Shown: positions 49,815 through 58,924 of the stretch, in pieces
Position numbering within the stretch: the first letter of the stretch is position 1
How the letters are laid out: each line of letters starts with the position of its first letter
Source: Actinomycetota bacterium
GTDB taxonomy: Bacteria > Actinomycetota > UBA4738 > HRBIN12
DNA: 64,000 bases
Reading direction: 5' to 3'
NCBI GenBank assembly: GCA_046330185.1
Contig: JAXLTF010000015.1
Location: forward strand, 7,224-71,223
Position numbers and translations under genes: made by a program
The notes under the pieces: model-generated
Seen by the model: only the letters and a program-made list of their open reading frames with translations
What the model was told of the DNA's origin: nothing
Databases searched by the model: none

Positions 49815-50948
49815 GTGTCGATACCTCGGACCCTGCTCGTGACCAACGACTTCCCTCCGCGTGTCGGGGGCATACAGCGGACCCTGGAGGCCCTGTGGCT
49901 GCGGCTGCCCGCCGAGCGCGTCGGCGTCTTCGCGCCCACATGGCCGGGCGCGGGGGAGTACGACGCGGAAGCGGGCTTCCCGATCGTCCGCGAGCCGACG
50001 ACCTTCGTCTGGCCGACGCCCGAGGTGGCGGGGCGGATCGAGCGGGCGATCGAGGAGCTCGGATCCCAGGTGGTGCTGTTCGGTGACGCGCTGCCGCTCG
50101 CGGTCCTGGGGCCGCGGCTGTCGGCTCGGGGCATCCCGTACCTCGTGGCCGCGCACGGCTTCGATCACTGGTCGTCGATCGTCCCCGGAACGCATGCGCT
50201 GATGCGCTACATGACGTCGCGCGCCTCCCGCGTGCCCGTGATGTGCAGCCGGTTCATCGCGCGCACGGTGCGATCCGCCGTTCCGCGAGGCGTTCCCGTC
50301 TCGGTCCTGTATCCGGGGGCCGACCTCGCGCGCTTCCACCCCGAGCTGCCGACGGGTGACCTCCGTGAGCGATACGGCCTCCGCGATCGACCGGTGGTCG
50401 TGTGCGTCAGCCGGCTCGTGGCCCGCAAGGGGCAGGACGTCCTCATCCGCGCGCTGCCGGCCATCCGTCGACGGGCGCCCGACGCGGCGCTCCTGATCGT
50501 GGGCGGCGGACCGGCGGAGCCGAAGCTCCGTGCGCTCGCGGCGGGCGCTCCCGCCGGGTCGGTCGTGTTCGCCGGGCAGGTCGACGAGGACGAGCTGCCG
50601 CGTCACTACGCGCTCGGGGACGTGTTCGCGATGCCGTGCCGGACACGTCTGGCGGGGATGGAGGTCGAGGGGTGGGGCAACGTGTTCATCGAGGCCGCCG
50701 CATGCGGCCGCCCCGTCGTGGTCGGGGACTCCGGCGGTGCGCGGGAGTCGCTCGTCGACGGCGAGACCGGCGTGCTGGTGGACGGCCGCGACGGCGGAGC
50801 CGTCGCGGCCGCGGTCGGGGAGTTGCTGGCCGATCCGGCGCGCGCGCGCCGGATGGGCGAGGCCGGCCGGGCGCGGGGCGAGCGCGACCATGACTGGGCC
50901 ACGATCGCCGAGCGGCTGGCCGGCTGGCTGCGGCTCGCGGCGAGCTGA
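49815..50948 (+). CDS. GT4-family glycosyltransferase (PimB'-like mannosyltransferase type)
   Basis: In-frame GTG at 49815 of ORF 49434..50948. LLVTNDFPPRVGGIQ..., ...VSRLVARKGQDVLI..., EGWGNVFIEAAACGRPVV (the EX7E region). Confidence 0.85.
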   Translation: MSIPRTLLVTNDFPPRVGGIQRTLEALWLRLPAERVGVFAPTWPGAGEYDAEAGFPIVREPTTFVWPTPEVAGRIERAIEELGSQVVLFGDALPLAVLGPRLSARGIPYLVAAHGFDHWSSIVPGTHALMRYMTSRASRVPVMCSRFIARTVRSAVPRGVPVSVLYPGADLARFHPELPTGDLRERYGLRDRPVVVCVSRLVARKGQDVLIRALPAIRRRAPDAALLIVGGGPAEPKLRALAAGAPAGSVVFAGQVDEDELPRHYALGDVFAMPCRTRLAGMEVEGWGNVFIEAAACGRPVVVGDSGGARESLVDGETGVLVDGRDGGAVAAAVGELLADPARARRMGEAGRARGERDHDWATIAERLAGWLRLAAS

Positions 50949-51010
50949 GGGCCGGCGGCATCTCCCGGGAGCTCCCGATCGGGGCGGCGAGCGGCGCTAA
51001 CCTCGGGGTC

Positions 51011-51694
51011 ATGGCCGAGCTCGGCGAGCGGGAGCTCCCCTGCCCGAACTGCGGCGCGACCGTGTACGAGGGCGCCGATTGGTGCAACCTATGCTTCACG
51101 CCCATACGCCGTGACGCGGCAGCGGATCGAACGCCGACCGTGGGGCCGGGTCCGGCCGACCCACAGGGATCGACGGACGACGCGGGGGTGGCCTCACCCG
51201 TCGTCGCCGGGAGCACCGCGGAGGGGGCGTTCTGGCCGTGTCCGGTCTGCGGGGAGCGAACGCCGCTCGCGCTGGACGCCTGCGGGGTCTGCGGCACGCC
51301 GTTCGCCGCCGCGATGCGTCAGGAGCGGACCCGCCCCGAGGTGCGGCCGTCGGTCGCGTTCGGTCGCTCGCTGCTGTTCCCGGGCTTGGGGCACGCGGAG
51401 CTGGGGATGGCCGCCGAGGGTGTCGCGCGAGGGGCGTTGTTCCTGATCCTGCTGTCCGTGACGCTCCTGATCGGGTTCGCGGGCGCGTCGTCGGCGCTGC
51501 TGAAGATCCTGCTGTTGACGTTCGCCTCGGGCACGCTCGGCGTCTATCTGCTCACCGCCCTGGAGGCGCGGCGCATCGCCGAAGGGGGGAGCCCGATGGT
51601 GTCGACCCGCCTCCTGCTCTGGGTGACCGTCGGCGTGTTGATGGCCGCGATGGGCCTGATCGTCGTCGTCATCGGCACGACACCCACCCGGTAG
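51011..51694 (+). CDS. Hypothetical membrane protein with two N-terminal zinc-ribbon motifs
   Basis: 227 aa. CPNCG...CNLC and CPVCG...CGVCG, followed by three or four TM segments. Confidence 0.6.
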   Translation: MAELGERELPCPNCGATVYEGADWCNLCFTPIRRDAAADRTPTVGPGPADPQGSTDDAGVASPVVAGSTAEGAFWPCPVCGERTPLALDACGVCGTPFAAAMRQERTRPEVRPSVAFGRSLLFPGLGHAELGMAAEGVARGALFLILLSVTLLIGFAGASSALLKILLLTFASGTLGVYLLTALEARRIAEGGSPMVSTRLLLWVTVGVLMAAMGLIVVVIGTTPTR

Positions 51695-51707
51695 GATTCC
51701 GGGTCCC

Positions 51708-52148
51708 ATGGAGCACGCCGAAGGCTCGATCGTGATCGAGGCCCCGCTCGAGGACGTCATGGAGGTCATCGAGGACTACGAGGCGTATCCGGAGTGGGCC
51801 GAGGTCCAGCGCGTCGAGGTGCTGCAGCGGATCGAGGGTGACCGTGCGACCGAGGTCGCTTACGAGGTCGACGTCCCGGTGCTCGGCAAGGCGAACTACA
51901 CGCTGGCCTACTCGTACGCCCCCGGAGACACGGGCCTGTCCTGGGTGACGAAGGAGGCGCGAGGTGCCATCCGCGACATCCGGGGGGAATACCTGCTGGA
52001 CGAGCTCCCGGACGACACCACGAAGGTGACGTACCGGCTCGCGGTGGAGCTCGGGGTCCTCGTTCCCGGGTTCCTGCGAACCGAGGGCGCGAAGCGCGTG
52101 ATCGAGAACGCGCTCGAGCGCCTGAAGCGCCGCGTCGAGATGGGCTGA
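51708..52148 (+). CDS. SRPBCC-superfamily (polyketide cyclase/dehydrase-like) protein
   Basis: 146 aa. SIVIEAPLEDVMEVIEDYEAYPEWAEVQRVEVL... is typical of the cyclase/dehydrase fold. Confidence 0.8.
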   Translation: MEHAEGSIVIEAPLEDVMEVIEDYEAYPEWAEVQRVEVLQRIEGDRATEVAYEVDVPVLGKANYTLAYSYAPGDTGLSWVTKEARGAIRDIRGEYLLDELPDDTTKVTYRLAVELGVLVPGFLRTEGAKRVIENALERLKRRVEMG

Positions 52149-52182
52149 ACCCCGGGCCCGCCATCCTGCGTAAGCTCCTGTC

Positions 52183-53376
52183 ATGCGCGTGATCCTGTTC
52201 ACCGGCAAGGGCGGGGTCGGCAAGACGACGGTCGCCGCCTCGACCGCGGTGCGCTCGGCGGGCGCGGGCGCGCGGACGCTGGTGATGAGCACGGACCCGG
52301 CCCATTCGCTGGGCGACTCCTTCGAGGCGCAGATCGGCTCGGATCCGACCGAGATCGCGCCGAACCTGTGGGGCCAGCAGATCGACGCCCAGGAGCGCCT
52401 CGAGGACAACTGGCGCGAGATCCAGGACTACTTCGTGCAGCTGATGAACTGGGCGGGCACCGAGACGATCCAGGCCGAGGAGCTCACGGTGATCCCCGGG
52501 ATCGACGAGATCTTCAGCCTGATCGACGTCCGCACGCACGTGGAGAGCGGGAACTTCGATGCGATCGTCGTCGACTGCGCCCCGACCGCCGAGACGCTGC
52601 GGCTCCTGTCGCTGCCCGAGGTGATGAACTGGTACATCGAGCGGATCTTCCCGGTGGAGCGCCGGGTCGTGAAGGCGGTCCGCCCGATGCTCAGCCGGAT
52701 GACCACGCTGCCGATCGCGGGCGACAAGGTCTTCGCAGCGATCGAGCGCCTGCACCGCAACCTCGACGCGGTGAAGCAGATCCTCACCGACGAGGCCGTT
52801 TCGTCCGTGAGGCTGGTCGTCAACCCGGAGAAGATGGTGATCGCCGAGGCGCGGCGAACGTACACGTACCTCGGCCTGTTCGGCTACCGGGTCGACGCGG
52901 TCGTCGTCAACCGGATCATCCCGGAGGACGTCACCGATCCGTACTTCGGCAAGTGGAAGGACATCCAGTCGGAGCACCTGTCCACGGTCCACGAGTCGTT
53001 CGATCCCGTGCCGATCCTCACCGCGCGGCTGTTCGACCGCGAGATGGTCGGGATCCCCCTGCTCCGCGACATGGGGGACGAGGTGTACGGCGAGCGCCCC
53101 GCGATGGAGATCCTGTACCGGGACGAGCCGATCCGCGTGCGCAAGCGGGGCACCGGGTACGTCCTTTCGATGAGGCTGCCGTTCGTGTCGCGTGACGACA
53201 TGGACATCCACCGCCGCGGCGAGGAGCTGTTCGTCCGCGTCGGGTCCTACAAGCGGAACCTGATCCTGCCGCAGAGCCTCAAGCGCATGACCGTGCGGGA
53301 AGCGAACTTCGCCGGGGACCGGCTCGAGATCCTGTTCGCCCGGGTCGAGCCGCCGCCGGCACCGGGAGGAGGGTGA
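52183..53376 (+). CDS. ArsA/Get3-like anion-transporting ATPase family protein
   Basis: 397 aa. Deviant Walker A FTGKGGVGKTTVA and the DPAHSL motif. Confidence 0.9.
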   Translation: MRVILFTGKGGVGKTTVAASTAVRSAGAGARTLVMSTDPAHSLGDSFEAQIGSDPTEIAPNLWGQQIDAQERLEDNWREIQDYFVQLMNWAGTETIQAEELTVIPGIDEIFSLIDVRTHVESGNFDAIVVDCAPTAETLRLLSLPEVMNWYIERIFPVERRVVKAVRPMLSRMTTLPIAGDKVFAAIERLHRNLDAVKQILTDEAVSSVRLVVNPEKMVIAEARRTYTYLGLFGYRVDAVVVNRIIPEDVTDPYFGKWKDIQSEHLSTVHESFDPVPILTARLFDREMVGIPLLRDMGDEVYGERPAMEILYRDEPIRVRKRGTGYVLSMRLPFVSRDDMDIHRRGEELFVRVGSYKRNLILPQSLKRMTVREANFAGDRLEILFARVEPPPAPGGG

Positions 53377-53684
53377 TGGTGACCGGTACGAAGGACCCGA
53401 AGGGCCCGTCGACCAACGGAGAGCGCGCGCCGCAGGGCGAGCGCGATCCGGGGACCGCGAGCGGAGCCGGCAAGGGAGCGGCGAGGCACGTCTGCGACGT
53501 GGCGTTCTGTCCGATCGGGCTGGCGTTGTCGGCCGTTCAGCCGTTGAAGCCCGACGTCGTCGAGCACCTCCTGATCGCCGGCCGCGAGTTCCTCCTGGCG
53601 GCGAAGGCGGTGATCGACGCTCGCGCCGCCGAGGAAGGGGACGCCGGCCCCGCCCCGACCCTCGAGAGGATCGACATCGGGTGA
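53373..53684 (+). CDS. Hypothetical 103-aa protein coupled to the ArsA-like gene
   Basis: GTGA overlap with the ArsA stop. Disordered Gly/Pro-rich N-terminus, then HVCDVAFCPIGLALSAVQPL... No family recognised with confidence. Confidence 0.5.
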   Translation: MMVTGTKDPKGPSTNGERAPQGERDPGTASGAGKGAARHVCDVAFCPIGLALSAVQPLKPDVVEHLLIAGREFLLAAKAVIDARAAEEGDAGPAPTLERIDIG

Positions 53685-54629
53685 GCGATCGCCCATCGCT
53701 GGCGATCGGGATCGACGTCGGCGGCACGAAGATCGCCGCCGCGCTCGTCGGTGAGGACGGGGCGATCGCGGGTCGCACGGTGGTCCCCTCGCCGGCCGAT
53801 GACCCCGGGGCGACCGTGGACGCGATGGTGGCGGCCGCCGAGGCCGTGCGGACGCCGGACGCGCTCGCGGTGGGGGTCTCGGCGGCGGGGATGGTCGAGG
53901 CCGCGTCCGGGATCATGCGCTTCGCTCCCAACCTCGCCTGGCGCGACCTCGATCTGCGGTCGCGCGTGGGCTCGCGGATGGGGCTCCGGACCGTGGTCGA
54001 GAACGATAACGACGCCGCCGCGTGGGGCGAGCACCTGTTCGGTGCCGGCCGGCGCCATCGCCACGTCCTGTTCGTGGGCGTCGGGACGGGCATCGGCGGC
54101 GGGATCATCGTCGACGGCTCGATCCTGCACGGCGCCCACGGGTTCGCGGCCGAGATCGGACACCTCATCGTCCAGCCCGGCGGCGAGCGGTGCGGCTGCG
54201 GGAACAGCGGCTGCTGGGAGACCGTCGCCAGCGGCTCGGCGATCACCAGGGAGGCTCGCAGGGCCGCCGGCCGCAGGGCTCGGATGCCGGAGCTGGCCGG
54301 TGGCAGGCCGGAGCAGGCCACGGGCGAGACCACGACCCGGGCGGCCCGGGAGGGCGACCAGGAGGCGTCGAGATCCTGGCCGAGGTCAGGCGCCGGCTCG
54401 GCGAGGGGATCGCGGGGCTGGTGAACATCCTGGACCCCGAGATCGTGATCGTCGGCAGCGGCGCCGCGAGGGCCGGCGACCTCCTGCTGTCGCCGGCCCG
54501 GACCCTCTATCGCTCGACCGTGGAGGCCCCGGACCATCGGCCCGACGTACCGGTCGTGCCCGCGAGCTCAGGCCCGACGCCGGCGTGATCGGCGCCGCCG
54601 CCCTCGCCCTCGAGCTGGTCTCCACGTGA
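53681..54629 (+). pseudogene. ROK-family glucokinase, two frame changes near the 3' end
   Basis: The first ~228 codons are clean (LAIGIDVGGTKIAAALV..., the zinc motif GHLIVQPGGERCGCGNSGCWET). Then ...AAREGDQEA | (V)EILAEVRRRLGEGIAGLVNILDPEIVIVGSG... (second frame) | ...ELRPDAGVIGAAALALELVST-stop (third frame). Confidence 0.75.
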
Positions 54630-55508
54630 AGCTCGGGGTCTCGCTCCCGGTCTTCACCGCCGACCCCGCCCGTCCGCTCGCGGCCGCGGCCCGTGCGGCC
54701 GCGGCAGGGTTCGACGGCGTGTTCACCGATGCGCCCCTGTTTCCCCCCCGTCTTCTATCCGCCGTCCGGCCCCGGGCGGCCGGCGCTCGAGGCGTTCACC
54801 GTGCTCGCCGCGGTGGCGGCCCGCCACCCGGAGCTGCGCGTGGGGACCCTCGTCGCGCGCGTGACCCTGCGACCCCGGGGATCCTCGCGAAGCGGGCCGC
54901 CGCCCTCGCCTCGATGTCGAGCGCCGGCGCCATCCTCGCGCTGGGGACCGGCGACAGGGCCTCGGCACCCAGAGCACGAGACGTTCGGGATCGATCTGCC
55001 CCCCGCGCCAGAGCGGATCGGGATCCTGCGGGAGACGGTCGACGCGCTGGGCGCGCTCTTCCGCGGCGAGGCGTACGCGGGCGGGGAGCACGTGCCCGCG
55101 CTCACGGGTCCGCTGGTGCCGCCGGGCTCCGCCGAGCGGTGGGTCGGGGGCCTCTCCGACCGCGTCATGGCGGTCGCGGCCCGCTCGGCCGATGCCTGGA
55201 ACGGCTGGGGCCTTGACGCCGAGGCGTTCGGCGCGGCCTCCGCCCGGCTGCGCGCGCTGTCCGGCGATCGAGCGGTCCCGCCGACGTGGGGCGGGATCGC
55301 GCTCGTCGGGCGCGATCGCGCCGAGCTGGAGCGGCTGTCGGCGGACAGGGTCGCCTCGGGCCGATCCCTCGACGGCGTGTGGACCGGGACCGCGGCGGAG
55401 CTCCGTGGGTTCGTCGAGGCGCTCCGCGCTCACGGCGCCACCTGGTTCGTGGTGCTCCCCGTCGGTCCCGAGGATCGCCTCGACCTGATCGCCGACGCGC
55501 TCCGATGA
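54626..55508 (+). pseudogene. LLM-class (luciferase-like) F420-dependent oxidoreductase, at least three frame changes
   Basis: MKLGVSLPVFTADPARPLAAAARAAAAGFDGVF | PGRPALEAFTVLAAVAARHPELRVGTLVARVTLRP | GILAKRAAALASMSSAGAILALGTGD | PEHETFGIDLPPAPERIG...WFVVLPVG, alternating between two frames. GTGA overlap with the ROK stop. Confidence 0.7.
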
Positions 55509-56107
55509 CGACCGGGGAGCTGAAGCGCGCGAAGCGCGAGGTCCGCCGACGCGTGCTCGCGGCCCGCGATGCGCTCACGCGCCAGGAGCTCGACGCGACG
55601 GCCGCGGCGATCGCCGAGCGGATCGACGGTCTCCCGGAGCTCGCCGGGCCACGCACGGTCCTCGCGTTCTGGTCCTTCGGTTCGGAGGTGCCGACCGGGC
55701 CGCTGCTCGAGATCCTCCGAGCGGCCGGACACCGCGTGGTCCTGCCGCGGATCGACGGGGCCGATCTCGAGCTCCGGACGTGGCTCCCGGGCGAGCCCCT
55801 CGTCCCGAGCACGTTCGGGGCGATGGAGCCGAGCGACGGCACGCCGGTCGACCCGGTGGAGCTCGACGTCGTGCTCACGCCCGGGGTCGCCTTCGATCGC
55901 GCCGGGGGCCGCGTGGGGTACGGCGGCGGCTTCTACGACCGGTTGTTCCGCAGGACGCGCGCGGACGCCTTCCGCGTCGCGGTCGCGTCCGACGTCCAGG
56001 TGGTCGGCGACCGGCTCCCCGGCGGTCCCTTCGACGTCCCGGTCCACGCCGTCGTGACCGGAACGCGGGTGATCAGGGTCCGGGCGGACCGGCCGGGCCC
56101 GGGTTGA
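55505..56107 (+). CDS. 5-formyltetrahydrofolate cyclo-ligase (MTHFS)
   Basis: Inner ATG at 55505 (ATGA overlap with the upstream stop). ...LAFWSFGSEVPT..., VLTPGVAFDRAGGRVGYGGGFYDR. Confidence 0.85.
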   Translation: MTTGELKRAKREVRRRVLAARDALTRQELDATAAAIAERIDGLPELAGPRTVLAFWSFGSEVPTGPLLEILRAAGHRVVLPRIDGADLELRTWLPGEPLVPSTFGAMEPSDGTPVDPVELDVVLTPGVAFDRAGGRVGYGGGFYDRLFRRTRADAFRVAVASDVQVVGDRLPGGPFDVPVHAVVTGTRVIRVRADRPGPG

Positions 56108-56192
56108 ACGGAGGTTCAATCCCGCGGTATAACGCCTGGGCCGACCCGGCGACCGGCCCGGGCTCCGGGCGACCGCATCCGGGAGGTTCCGC

Positions 56193-57290
56193 ATGAGCGA
56201 GAGCAGGCGCACGGCGTTCCACGCCGTCACGTCCCGGACGGCCGCCGACTACATGGAGGAGGCCGGCTGGCTCTGGGTCACGAACTACGGCGACCCGGTC
56301 GCCGAGTATCGCGCCGTCCGAGAGGACGTGGGCATGTGGGATCTCTCGCCGCTGAACAAATGGGAGTTCCGCGGGCCGGACGCGGTCGAGGCGGCGCAGC
56401 GGGTCCACACGAACGACGTCCTCGGGATGCGCGACGGGCAGGTTCGGTACGGGGCGTTCGTCGATGAGGACGGGTTGCTGGTCGACGACGGAACGGTGTT
56501 CCGGTTCTCGGACGACCACCTGTGGGTGTGCACGAACGGGAACGACCGCGCCGACTACTTCGCCGAGGCCACGAAGGGGCTCGACGTCGGCGTCGAGTAC
56601 ATCGCGCCCGAGCTCCCCAGCATGCAGATCCAGGGGCCGCGATCGCGCGAGCTGGTCAGGTCACTCACCGAAGCGCCGGTGGACGAGCTCCGCTACTTCA
56701 CGTTCTTCCCGCAGCCCGTGACGTTCGGCGGCGTGCCCGTGTGGCTGTCCCGGACCGGCTTCTCAGGCGAGCTCGGTTACGAGGTCTTCCTGCGACCGCA
56801 GCACGCCGAGGCGCTGTGGGACGCCGTCGCATCCGCGGGCGCCACGCCGTACGGGGTCGACATCATCGAGCCGATCCGTGTCGAGGTCGGCATGATCGTG
56901 ACCGACTACGACTACGAGGCGCACCAGCGCACGCCGTTCGACCTGGGGCTCGACCGGATGGTCGCGCTGGACGGCGAGGGCGAGTTCATGGGGAAGCAGA
57001 AGCTGCGGGAGGTGGCCGCCGACCCGCCGAACCGCTTCCGGACGGTCCGCCTGGAGGGGGACCGCCTCCCCGGCTACGGCGCGTCGATCACCGCCGCCGG
57101 CGAGGACGTCGGCGTGCTGACCTCGCCGGCCACGAGCCCGACGTACGGGGGCCTGGGGCTCGCGATCCTGAGGGCGGACGCGGCCGCCGAGGGACACCGC
57201 GTCGAGGTGGCGAGCGACGACGGGCCGATCGCCGGCACCGTCGATGTGCTCGCCGTGCACGACCCGGAGAAGCGCCGCCCCCGGGGCTGA
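56193..57290 (+). CDS. Aminomethyltransferase (GcvT)-family protein, intact paralog; candidate THF-dependent demethylase
   Basis: 365 aa. ...YRAVREDVGMWDLSPLNKWEFRGPDA..., LSRTGFSGELGYEVF... Clearly distinct from the gcvT at 2048. Confidence 0.85.
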   Translation: MSESRRTAFHAVTSRTAADYMEEAGWLWVTNYGDPVAEYRAVREDVGMWDLSPLNKWEFRGPDAVEAAQRVHTNDVLGMRDGQVRYGAFVDEDGLLVDDGTVFRFSDDHLWVCTNGNDRADYFAEATKGLDVGVEYIAPELPSMQIQGPRSRELVRSLTEAPVDELRYFTFFPQPVTFGGVPVWLSRTGFSGELGYEVFLRPQHAEALWDAVASAGATPYGVDIIEPIRVEVGMIVTDYDYEAHQRTPFDLGLDRMVALDGEGEFMGKQKLREVAADPPNRFRTVRLEGDRLPGYGASITAAGEDVGVLTSPATSPTYGGLGLAILRADAAAEGHRVEVASDDGPIAGTVDVLAVHDPEKRRPRG

Positions 57291-57328
57291 TCCGAGGAGA
57301 CCCTGGACGAACCGATGGGAGGGATCCG

Positions 57329-58342
57329 ATGAACGACGAACGCCGCTCGCCGCTGCACGAGGCGCCGCTCGCGATGGGGGCCGACTTCATGTGGGAGGAC
57401 GGCTGGCCCTGGACGAACAAGATCACCCGGCCGCCGCCGAGTACGAGGCGATCCGCACCGCGACCGGCATCTGGGACCTGCTCGACGTGCAAGTACGAGG
57501 TGACCGGCGCCGACGCGGGCCGGCTGATCCGCTGGTTCACGAACGACGTGTCGGCGATGTCGGACGGCTCGGTGCGCTACGGCGCCTTCGTGAACGGACG
57601 GGCTGATGGTCGACGACGGCAACGTGTATCAGTTCGCTGCCGACCGCTACTGGGCGATGATCGACACGGCCGACCTGGAGGGATGAGTTCCGCGAGACGG
57701 CCGACGGCTGGGCACCGGCATCAGCACCGCCTGGCCGACCTGCGTGTTCGTCCAGGGCTGGTCGCCGGGCTTTCTCCGCGGGCTTCACCGGCGGTGACCT
57801 GTCCTCGCCGCGCCACCCGGCCTGGCCGGCCACATCAGCCGTGGCGGCATGTGCGACCATCGCCGGACTACCGGCGACTCGAGTTGATCAATCACCCGGA
57901 CTGGCACCTGATCGTCCGCTATGGAGCTGCATTGACCGCGGCCGGTGCAGTGCTGCTGTTCGACCTGGGCGGCTCGACCTCGCCGGACAACGACCGGCTG
58001 ACCGTCATCGCCGACCACCAGCCGGCAAGAGACCTCGCCGTCATTCTCCATGGACGGTTGCCAAAGCCGGTACGGCCATCAGGGCGGCGCCTGCTGGGCC
58101 TGAAGATAACCCGCCGAAGGGCATTCGAGGCGAGGATCGAGGAGTTGACTCCGCGCCGGACTACAGCGCCGCGGTCACGCGGCGGGCAACAGGTCGGGAC
58201 CGTCACCTCGCCGGCGTCCTCGCCGCGCCTCGGCACGATGGCCCTCGCGGTGCTCGATGCCGAGGCCTCCGCGGACGGCGAGCGCGTCGAGGTCGCGGTC
58301 GGCGACGGCACGGCGGCGGCCGAGATCCTGGGAACGCCGTGA
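57329..58342 (+). pseudogene. Second GcvT-family paralog, heavily frameshifted
   Basis: MNDERRSPLHEAPLAMGADFMWEDGWPWTNKI | AAEYEAIRTATGIWDL | KYEVTGADAGRLIRWFTNDVSAMSDGSVRYGAFVNG | LMVDDGNVYQFAADRYWAMIDTADLEG ... | GGQQVGTVTSPASSPRLGTMALAVLDAEASADGERVEV. The middle (57.7-58.15 kb) needs many frame changes and contains stops in every frame. Confidence 0.75.
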
Positions 58343-58401
58343 CCCGGAGCGCACGAAGCCCACCCCGGGGTTGAGCCCTCGCTGGGGTCTCGGCGTGATC
58401 G

Positions 58402-58918
58402 GTGCCGGAGTTCGAGCTGCGCACGGAGCGGCTCCGGCTCCGGCCATACCAGCTCGAAGACCTCGACGCGTTCCACGCGATCGTCGGGGACCCCGAGACG
58501 ATGCGGTACCACCGAGCCGTTCTCCGAGGATGCGGCCCGCGACTGGATCGAGCGGGTCCGGTCGCGGTACAGAAGCTGGGGTTCGGCCTGCTGATGGTGG
58601 AGGACGCCTCGACGGGCAGGGTGACCGGCGCAACTGCCCGGGCCGAACGTCCAGGTCGTCGACGGCGTCAGGAGGTCGAGCTCGGGTGGCATATCCCGTC
58701 GGGACCGTTGGGGCGAGGGGATGGCGCCCGAGGCCGCGTCGGCGTGCGCGACTGGAGCTTCGCGAACCTCGAGGCGGACCACCTGGTCGCGCTGGTCCGG
58801 CCGATCGACTCCTCGTGCCGCGTCGCGGAAGATCGGGATGAAGGTGTGGAAGGAGACGCTCTTCAACGAGCGGCTGCGGTGGCCGCACCACGTCTACCAG
58901 GTCGACGCGCCGCGCTGA
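58402..58918 (+). pseudogene. GNAT (RimJ/RimL-like) N-acetyltransferase, frameshifted
   Basis: MPEFELRTERLRLRPYQLEDLDAFHAIVGDPETMRY | ...QKLGFGLLMVEDASTGRVTG | EVELGWHI | ...MAPEAASA | RDWSFANLEADHLVALVRPIDSSCRVAE | KIGMKVWKETLFNERLRWPHHVYQV, spread over three frames. Confidence 0.65.
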
Positions 58919-58924
58919 CGCACG

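Noticed and set aside
51766-54537. 923-aa minus-strand ORF spanning the SRPBCC, ArsA, small-protein and ROK genes
   Set aside because: It is antisense to four forward genes with strong family motifs. Its composition (R/P/A/G/S runs) is characteristic of GC-driven open frames. It has no motifs.
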